Assembly: GCA_951406725.2 (NCBI GenBank)
Contig: OX597815.1
Coordinates: forward strand, 37,386,001-37,450,000
DNA from: Octopus vulgaris
Taxonomy: Eukaryota
Length of the DNA: 64,000 nt
Direction of reading: 5' to 3'
Made by a program: the position numbers and the translations under genes. The notes beneath the pieces were generated by a model. It ran no database searches. It saw only the letters and a program-made list of their open reading frames with translations, and had not been told where the DNA came from. Below are positions 54,978 through 64,000 of the stretch, one piece after another. Within the stretch, counting starts at the first letter, position 1; every line of letters starts with the position of its first letter.

Positions 54978-56523
54978 TATCTACCTCAGTATAACCTGTA
55001 GAATGGACCATCGGCAAGTAAAATGCCACCACTTAGTTGATAAGAAGGATGTTATTTGTTTTGAACACTCTGCAGGATGAAAAACATAACCTGTCAAAGG
55101 GCGGATGAACTCAAGAGACTCAACGGTCATCCAAATGCTTGCAGTGAATGACCCTGAAGTCTTTATTGACATATCTCTCTTTAGGAGACGAAAACCTCTG
55201 ATGTAATTGATACTGTAAATACATTTGTATTCAATGACATAGATTAATGCTTTTGTGGCAAATGCTTTCGTTGACGAGACAGTGGGCTTGGACCTTGTAA
55301 AACTTTTCCTCGTTTAAATCTATAAGCACAGGCATCGCTTGAGTTTTAACATCTTTATTAACATCTTTATAATGTGTTGCCAAAAGGGTAAAATAGTCAA
55401 TGAAATATCCCATGAAGTCAAAGTATGTGTCAGTGTGAGTAGTAGGCTGACTGGATATCTGCTGCAAGATGTATTATCATATCATGCAAAAAAGTGTAGA
55501 TCTCCATCATGAATGAAAAGACATCCGTGCTCTCCACGTTTAAGAGAAAAATCAAGCAAATCCTGTTTGTTTGTCTGTCTGACAATGTATCTATACGTGC
55601 TCGAGCGCGCGTATATGTGTATGTGTGTATGTGTGTATGTATATATTTGTGAATGTTCTGAGTATGACTTGAAACTGCATCAAGTATTAGGGCCAAATTT
55701 CGGCAGTTCAAGGTTTTTCAGGAGTGTTGAACCATCTCTTAGCCACCAGTATCTTCAGGTCTATTCCGATTCGGGGTAGTAACACCTGTCAGGATGTCAG
55801 CTATGACTTAATTAGCATGTCACGCAACTGCTACCGGAAGTTCACACAGAGACATCACAAAGAACTCAAGACGGATTGAAGCTCTTCAGATCTTTCGTTG
55901 CTCATCTAAGAAAACTCGATACAAGTCCTGCATCCTGATAACTACAGGGCTCACGGTACTTGTTGCATCAGACCAATACAAATCTGAAGGAATAAAGAAC
56001 GGGAGTGACTGCATAAATTAATCCGCTGTAATAATAAACCCTCGCTGACCTATGGAGAAATGTATTCAGCATTTAAAAAAAAAAGGGTAAAGGAGTAAAC
56101 CCTTGCAGAAAATCCGGAGGGATGGGTCCTAAATCAGTTCTGTACGGTTATACGTATCTAATATCTAGCACCCTTTGACTGCTTGGGTGCTGAGAACGTT
56201 TTGACGTCTTTCCTTCGTGGTGTAGAGGAGAGGTAAGTGTACTTACTTTGGGGGCTTTGCACAGGAAATAGTCCGAACATAGCAGAGATTGTGGAGCTTC
56301 TGTCTCTACATTATACCTTCTTTCACACCGAAAAAGACCAACTGTGTATCTGTGTAGGGTACGCGCACGTGCGCGCGGTTGTGTGAGAATGTGTGTGCGT
56401 GAGTGCTAGGTTGTTCATATTTCAAACTAATTTTAAGAACAACAATGGGATATATACATAAGGGGTTTCGATACTCAAAGTAAATCCAAACACAAACACA
56501 TATTAACACACACACACACACAT

Positions 56524-56554
<31 letters not shown>

Positions 56555-57487
56555 AACAGACACATACACACACACAAACACACACGTAATAATAATAAAT
56601 TAAAGTGTGAGAATTTGATGAATATGCGTTTAACTTTTCATGGTGGATACAAAAATAAAATCGCAATCTCATTTATTTGCTTTTCATTTCTTCCAGTCTT
56701 AAGAGAAAGCAGTAGGCTAAATAAATAATGCAAGATTGCTTTCATGAGGAAGAAATTGCTCCATCCTTTATTTAAATGGAAGACTTGTTTTCCGAATCTA
56801 TTTATATGTATCGCCACATGATTTGATAAATTTAGCTAATCTCCGGCGATAATTTATTTCTCCTTTTTATACTTCTGGTTTTACAAGACCTGTAGGAATT
56901 CAAATAAAATTGCAACGATGGAATGTTTTTCTACTTCACATTCATTAATGCTCAAGTTATTTTCAGAACAAAACTCCACTCATCTCTTTTTCTCTACTTG
57001 AATTGCAAATGCTACTTTAATCCCAAATTTCCCGAATCATTCTTCTGGCGATCGAATGATGAATGTTTGAACATCCAACAGAAAAACGACTGTGTGTTGC
57101 AGCCAGTTTCATGCGAATGTTTTAGTACTCAATGTTTAGTGATGTAAAGAAAATAAATTTACAGATTCTACTTCCTACAAAATTGGTGTTAGCAGATTTC
57201 GATTAAAATACGCCGAGAGAAAATAATGGTCTCTCTTGAAACAAATTTAATCGACGCTCTAACGCTCCTGTCAATACTCTGCTTTTGGAAAAAGTAAAGA
57301 AATAAACCGAAATTTGTTTCTATTCTGAAATTTTCAAATGTTTGTCAGGTTGATTGTTAAGAGACGCAATTATTTCCAATTATTTTATCTGAACTACAAT
57401 CTACTAATATCAATTCTGTAGAAAGAAGTCTCAGCAAATATATTTGTTGGTACACGAAGACACAGACAGACAGACAGAAACACACAG

Positions 57488-57566
<79 letters not shown>

Positions 57567-58701
57567 CACACACACACATACACACACACACACACACATA
57601 CAACATACATACGCATACACTCACACACGTACAAAGACTTATGTATGTTTCTCTGTGTGCGTGTGTGTGGGTGTATGTTTAAAATAACCTGGACAATTCA
57701 CGAGCTGCTTTTTTATTTTTTTGCTTTCCATACCATTTTCATTCCTACGAATTGATAATCATCTTAATGTTCATGTGTAATGGCTGGCTGTTACCTTTCA
57801 GTTAAAATACCCACGAATGTTTTAGATTATGTCTAGTAGAAATGAAACTAGTAAGAATTATATTTGAGAATAATTTCATATATTGAAACAGAAAAACAAC
57901 TGCGCGTTTTCGATATCTTTTATAAGTTCTTACATAAAAACACATTCAGAAACCCCATACCCACACACACACAAGCACAGACACACACACGCACACATAG
58001 AAGCACTCTGTCACACACACGAACATTTACACATTTACATGCATGCATACATATACATATACATACATAGATACATACACACACATATATATATATACAT
58101 ACATAGATGTGTGTATACATACATACCCAAGTTCATATGTGCAACATTTGTTTAATTTCATATTACGGTCTATTCTCATCTGACGCTTTATTCATACGTA
58201 TGTATGAGTTCTAACACCAAATTATTAGCATCACTTTTACAATGCACGCATACATACATACATACATACATACATACATACATACATACATACATAAATA
58301 CATACATACATACATACATACATACATACATACATACATAGATACATACATACATACATGCATACACACACACACATAATCGCAGACAGATAGATATGAC
58401 AGAGACTAAATATTTTAAGGAAACCTTTGGCACATCCTCGTATATATAATATAGAGGAATAGGAAAACATCGATTAACTGGAGGCTTATTTACTGCTGGG
58501 GGACAAGGGCTCCCAGCAGAGGTATTTAAAGTTTGAAAACAACGATCAAGGTCCCTATCCAGAAGGCTACAATCTAATCAAAATATTTGGAACATAATAA
58601 TGCAGTTATAGGTGGGTTTGCTTCCTTAACAGCAACTTCTTATAGTAACGGATATATTTCCATCTCTTAAATTCTACTAAAGCAGTATAGCATAATATGA
58701 T

Positions 58702-58769
<68 letters not shown>

Positions 58770-58789
58770 ATTACACGCATATACGTACT

Positions 58790-59062
58790 CTCTTATACAC
58801 ACACGCACCTTCATTTTGGGGATCACATTTACTTTGTTATTTCCCCTACGTCTTCGCTCTCCTGTGTGACCCGTTTGTCCGGCAGTCGCCATGATAGATC
58901 GGTAGCCACTACACACATTTGTTTCTTTCTGTGTTCCTTTCTGTAGAAGAGCGTAGGCTCGAAACGTAAAAGACTTTTGCAATTCCTGAGCGTTATACTA
59001 ATACATCTGTTTGTTCTCTACACCATCTGTTTTCGCCTTTTGTTTTCTTTCACGATCTCTCC

Positions 59063-59066
<4 letters not shown>
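58790..59066 (+). mobile_element. Solo Penelope-like pLTR between (TA)n arrays
   Basis: Same architecture as 48020-48320 (hammerhead, then tcc.gagcg...taatac...ttgtt, pyrimidine-rich end). Confidence 0.7.
58937..58972 (+). ncRNA. Minimal hammerhead-like motif (A6 changed to U)
   Basis: cttt-CTGTAGA-a-gagc/gtag/gctc-GAAAC-GTA-aaag; perfect 4-bp stems I and II. Confidence 0.65.
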
Positions 59067-59136
<70 letters not shown>

Positions 59137-59439
59137 ATGGTGTATGCATGTATGTGTGTGTGTGTGTTGTTAATGAAAGGGATGGAAGATATGAGAATAT
59201 TAATCACTACAATTGTATCGGCTCATTTATCTCTCACGGGTGGTATACTTAACCGGTTCAGAAGCATCCGTTAGTGTAGATGTGTCTCTTCGGCGGATAG
59301 TCAAATATAACTCGTTAAAATAACGACTGTTACGCAAGGTATCTTCTCGATTCGTGTAAAGAAAAGCAGAAGATTAAAGGGTATAGCTTTAGCGGTAAGC
59401 TACCAGGTATATAACATACGTTTTATTATCTAATATATA

Positions 59440-60271
59440 CAGAGTACGGTGAATGAGCTGTCGTCTAAATTACGCAAAAATGAAAAAAACAATGACATCT
59501 CATTTTAACAGATATAATTACCAAAATGACGTACAAATATCTTGAAATACTAGAGAGTAAATTTATTCAATAAAATCGTCATTGGCTTCAACCACGGCTG
59601 CCAGACGACTTCGGAATCTCCTGCAAGTCTTCTGGACGATCTCAGTGTTTAAGTTGCTTCAGGTTATCTTTGGTGTTACAAGGAGTTTTGTTGGATTCTC
59701 GATCAACTGCACCCCACACATAATAACCAAGGAGGTCGCACTCTGTGGTGTTAGGTGGCCAGATGGTAGGGGTGATGTGGTTGCAGAAATTTTCTGACAG
59801 CCATGACTGTGTTCTCCTGCTTGTGTGCAGGTTCCTGTTGCCAGGCATAGGGTCTTCCTGCAACCACCCTCTTGACTCAAAGCAGCACTACCTCCTCCAG
59901 GTACTTGATGTAGGCCTCCGTATTGAGTCTGAGGCTGTGTGGGAAGTGAACGTCGTTATCGCTAGCGATCACTCCAAAGACCACGATGTTGACTGGATAT
60001 CGGTACGTGTGCCCAGATTGCACTCTTCTCAGATTGACCCCCAAACACTCCAAAATGTTCGTATGGGAGCTTCTGGAGCGAATGACAAGCAGTGCAGAAT
60101 GTCGTTTCCAAACTTTTAGCTCAGTGAATTGCGTTATGGTTCTGTTTTTCTTATAGACTGTACCCAATGGACCCTACAATACTGTGTAGTCGACAAAATG
60201 AAAATCAAACAATGCGCATGCGCAAAATAATAAATGTAAAATGATGGCGACAATCTATCCATCGCATCCTG
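59440..60271 (-). mobile_element. Internally deleted Tc1/mariner (maT, DD37D-like) transposon
   Basis: TA-flanked degenerate TIRs (cagagtacggtgaatgagctgtcg / caggatgcgatggatagattgtcg); VVFGVIASD, LNTEAYIKYLEEVV, HTSRRTQSWL, WPPNTTECDLLGYYVWG. Confidence 0.88.
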
Positions 60272-60288
60272 TATGTATATATATATAG

Positions 60289-62620
60289 GTACCCTTGTTA
60301 TGGACACTTGTCCATATGGTATAACTGGAAAAGAACTGCCTGCACATTCACACAAATACTGTCCTAAATACAGAGTCTACGCTCCTGATCCTAAATATGG
60401 ATGCACAAAAGCAACGGATGCGCATACTTCCATCCTAAACTGTCCCAAAATTCTGTGTTACTATGGATATGCCCTAACCCAGAATGCAATTACCACTATT
60501 TGAAGGACAGAAAACAAACGAAAAATAAAAATAAACAGCAACAGAGGAGTAAAACAATAACATCAAAAACAAACTGCAACCACATTTCACCTCCTAAAAC
60601 CAAACAACGAAGACATTACTATGGGAACATCATAACACCAAATAACATAAACATGAACAATGTATCATATGACCAAATGGGAAACCAAAGAGATAACTCT
60701 TTTTTACTAACTTATCTAGAAAATATGATGGTCGAACTAAGCCGGGAGATCCAACGAGCTATCAACTGCCGTGTATGTAAAAAACAAGGAACACACCTCC
60801 ATACAAAAACTACCCTCACTGCTTCCTCTGAACAACATAACACATTAGACTAAGCACTTAGAGCAATACAAACTAGCCTTGCTTCGACATTCTTGCTAAA
60901 TATACGTGGCATCAACCTGTCACTCAAACAATGGAAGATCCCATACATAGAGATTTGGTTTGCCGAAAAGGCATGCTGCATCCTTTTCTTTATCCTTCCT
61001 GAAACTCACGTAAACAGCACTCACATGGATGCCGAGGTGAATCAAAAAAAATCTCACCATAATTCGTGCAGATTGCGCAGACCGAAATAAAGAAGTAACA
61101 GCCATTTTTCTCCATGACTCCTTTGCAACTGATGCCGAAGACATATTTTCCAATGGCTACTGCGAGTCCATATCATTATTCAACACGGCCAACGACATAA
61201 CCATTGATGGTCTCTACAAGCCTCCCCAAGCACCTCTAAAGTGCTTTGAAGAATGCGTCCTATATCATTAAAGTCCTATATAATTAAAGTGTTTGAAAGT
61301 GTGGTGAGATCAAGTATAGCTGTCTTCCTGGAGAACCAGAATCTTCTAAATCCAAACCAGCATGGCTTTCGCTGCGGCATCGGCTGTCTAACACAGCTCT
61401 TACACAACATCGATGATGTCCTTAAAACCTTGGGATCAGGTTCGAACTCTGATGTTATATATCTTGACTTCAGTAAAGTGTTGGACAGAGTCGGCCACAA
61501 TATCCTACCGTCAAAATTGTCAAATGTTGGAATCCGTGGAAAACTACTACGTTGGATTGAGTATTTCCTGGAGAACAGAACATCACATGTTGTAATCGAT
61601 ACAATCCACTCAAGTCCAGCAGATGTCACCAGTGGTGTCCCTCAGGGGAATGTCTTGAGCCCGCTTCTGTTTATAGTCTATATAAACGACCTTTCCAGCG
61701 TATTAAAACACTGCAAAGTGAAAATATTCGTTGATGAATCCAGGCTCCAGAAAAGTATCAATGGAGAAGAAGACCGAACTGAACTCTAGTCTGATCTACA
61801 TCCTGTAAATCAATGAGCAGACAAAAACAAAATGAAACTAAACGAGGGAAAGTTTGAGCTGATGCATTTTGGAAGAAAGTCTATGCTAAAACAGCCATAT
61901 TTTCTTCCTTCAAGTGAACCAATAACAGCATCTAGTAATATCAGAGTCCTAGGAGCAATTGTTGACAACAGTCTGAGCTGTAGCGCCCACATCAAAAATT
62001 TGCTCGCAGGGTGTGCTCCTGGATCCTAAGAATCTTCCGTCCAGAGAACAAGGTGTCACCATTCCCCTTCCCCCCCCCTTTGTACGGCCACACCTCGAAC
62101 ACTACTGCCCCCGGTGGTCTCCCCATACAAAAATAAATATTTCGAAAATTGAATCACCCCAGAGGACAGTAACTAAAAGAATGATCTCGATTATTGCGAT
62201 CGTCTTAAAGCATCGATACTCTATCCTCTCCAGCACTGCCGTGAGCGATACGTCATTTGCACGATGTGAAGAATATACTACCACCATTGCCCAAACGACC
62301 TCAACATTAGTTCCAGAACTCATCCAAGGCTGGGACACGTGCCATACTTCCTCTACGCAATTCAGGATCACAACACACAAATTCACTGCAACACAATTTT
62401 TTTCCTCAACAGGCCCTACCATATTTAAACAGTGTCCCGAAACAGATCAAAGAAGAAAAGGATCCAATGACCTTTACACGGAATCTGAACAAATATTTTC
62501 AAGGAATACGAAATCAGCCACCTATACCTGGATATAACTCACCCAACAAGAACTCCCTGCGCTAATGAACCATGATACCACAAAACTTGTCTTAAAAGGA
62601 TTTAGCTAAGTTATCTAAGT
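60289..62620 (+). mobile_element. CR1/L2-like LINE of the same family as 3087-6132, with ORF1 remnant, EN start, large internal deletion and RT
   Basis: Cys/His-rich ORF1 remnant (CPYGITG...CPKY...CAYFHPKL...CPNPECNYH); EN LLNIRG, ETH; RT NQHGFR, YLDFSK, GVPQGNVLSPLLFIVYINDL; tail ctaagttatctaagt. Confidence 0.92.
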
Positions 62621-62689
62621 AGTGTGTGCGTGTGTGTGTGAGTGTGCGTGTGTGTGTGCGTATGTATCTATATGTGTAATAATAATAAT

Positions 62690-62920
62690 TGTTTCTTCTA
62701 TGCACAAGTTGTGAAACTTTAGAGGAAGAGGATAATCGATTATATCGACCCCGGGGCGCGATAGGTGCTTATTTTATCGATTCGGAAGTATGAAATCAAA
62801 GTCAGCTTAGATGGAATTAGAACTCACAGCATTAAGACGGACAAAATACTGCTAAGCATGTTATACCTCTTAACCCTTAACGACATTTCGTCCGGCGTGC
62901 TAACCATTCTGACAAATCAC
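62690..62920 (-). mobile_element. Degenerate SINE family A-related repeat
   Basis: taatcgattatatcgacccc...ttttatcga...gaactcac...catttcgtccggcgtgctaac. Confidence 0.7.
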
Positions 62921-62928
62921 CACTCTAA

Positions 62929-63100
62929 TTATTATCTCCGCCTTAGCGAATGCGGAGTTATTGTTTTTTCAGTCGTGTTTGTTTGTTTGTTCGAATGAAA
63001 CCTTCAAGGATGTTTGGCCTCGTGACTGGTACAAACTGATTGATTATATTTGGGGATCGATCTGATATAGGACAGGGATTCTGAATTATTTGTTATATTT
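62929..63100 (+). mobile_element. Possible Helentron-associated non-autonomous element (HINE/DINE-like) fragment
   Basis: ttattatctccgc-cttagcgaat-gcggag hairpin followed by (GTTT)n, typical of this class. Confidence 0.45.
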
Positions 63101-63171
63101 ACTTTACATGATTACGATCTTACGTTAACTTTCAAGTCTTTCTCAATTATCTCCCTTTAGGCTGTAGTATT

Positions 63172-64000
63172 TGTTTGAAGCGAGGATATTTTTTCGCCAC
63201 ATGCTGGTAACTTTTATGCAACACTTTTGAAATGCCAGCGGGGATTTCAAAAGGCAATTTGAAAAGCGGGGATTACTGGAAACATGCAAATGCTTTTGTA
63301 TGTCATTAAAGGAAATAGCAAATGAAATAGCTAAGATTAGCAAAGATAGTCAAACCTATACGCTTAATTAAAGCAAACACAATACAATAGATGACAGAAT
63401 CCCTTTAGTGATTAACTGGCACCGACATTTCGCTGGCATTTCAAAAGTGTTGCATTAAAGTTACCAGCATGTGGCGAAAAAATATCCTCGCTTCAAACAG
63501 ATATTTCCTCAGCCGCCTATTGTAGCCTTTAGACAGAATAAGAATATAAGAGAATTATTGATCTCTATATCTGACTCCAAGAAAACGAACATTGGAGTAT
63601 CTACACGCTGTGCCCTGCCCTAACGAACAGCCGAAAGAGAGGTAAGCCCTGTTCATTGTGCAACAACATGAGTGAAGTGGATTCCATCAGAAATCATAAC
63701 AGAAATGTTATGATTTATACAGAAGGTGGAACATGTAAAGATTCCCATTTGGTGTACGCTGCAGAATGCACGAAACACAACCTAATTTACGTCGGATGCA
63801 CAACAAAACAATTAAACAAAAGGTTTAATAGGCACAGATTCAATGTCAGGCACAATAACAGTAGTTCAACAGAAACTGCTGAACATTTCGTTTCAAGCGG
63901 CTGCAATTTTGAAGACTTGAGAGTGCATATTCTCAGAAAATATTCTGAATCTGCTTCGCTTTCACTTCTCAGAATGTATGAGGAGAAATACGTTTACGCG
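63172..64000 (+). mobile_element. Penelope-like element with a 5' inversion; GIY-YIG domain runs off the window end
   Basis: RIPLVINWH, FPQPPIVAFRQNKNIRELL, TCKDSHLVYAAECTKHNLIYVGCTTKQLNKRFNRHR...AEHF; 63172-63240 is an inverted copy of 63431-63499. Confidence 0.9.

Noticed and set aside
55430-55711. LALILDAVSSH...LIFL peptide like a pogo DDE domain
   Set aside because: Weak similarity, interrupted by microsatellite, downstream QPxD motif absent

Overview
Eukaryotic, AT-rich, repeat-saturated intergenic or intronic DNA. The SINE families and microsatellite load point to an octopus (cephalopod) genome; this is an inference from family resemblance. No intact host gene is evident, and most listed ORFs are microsatellite artefacts. 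The window holds two CR1-like LINE copies, an RTE LINE, several microsatellite-associated restriction-like-endonuclease (R4/Dong-type) LINE fragments, Penelope-like elements (GIY-YIG fragments and pseudo-LTRs), Tc1/mariner relics, a non-autonomous Helitron, MITE-like hairpins and two abundant tRNA-derived SINE families. Highlights: (1) five minimal hammerhead-ribozyme motifs, including a ~350-bp ORF-less retrozyme-like element with a compensatory U3-A8 core and a long palindromic Penelope pLTR pair split by a LINE; (2) a direct-repeat-flanked ~2.7-kb Penelope-terminated insert with two A-depleted, G-rich patches that read as A-to-G hyper-edited sequence on the element's sense strand; (3) an EF-hand/rhomboid protease gene fragment fused into a Gypsy element right at the RT catalytic motif.
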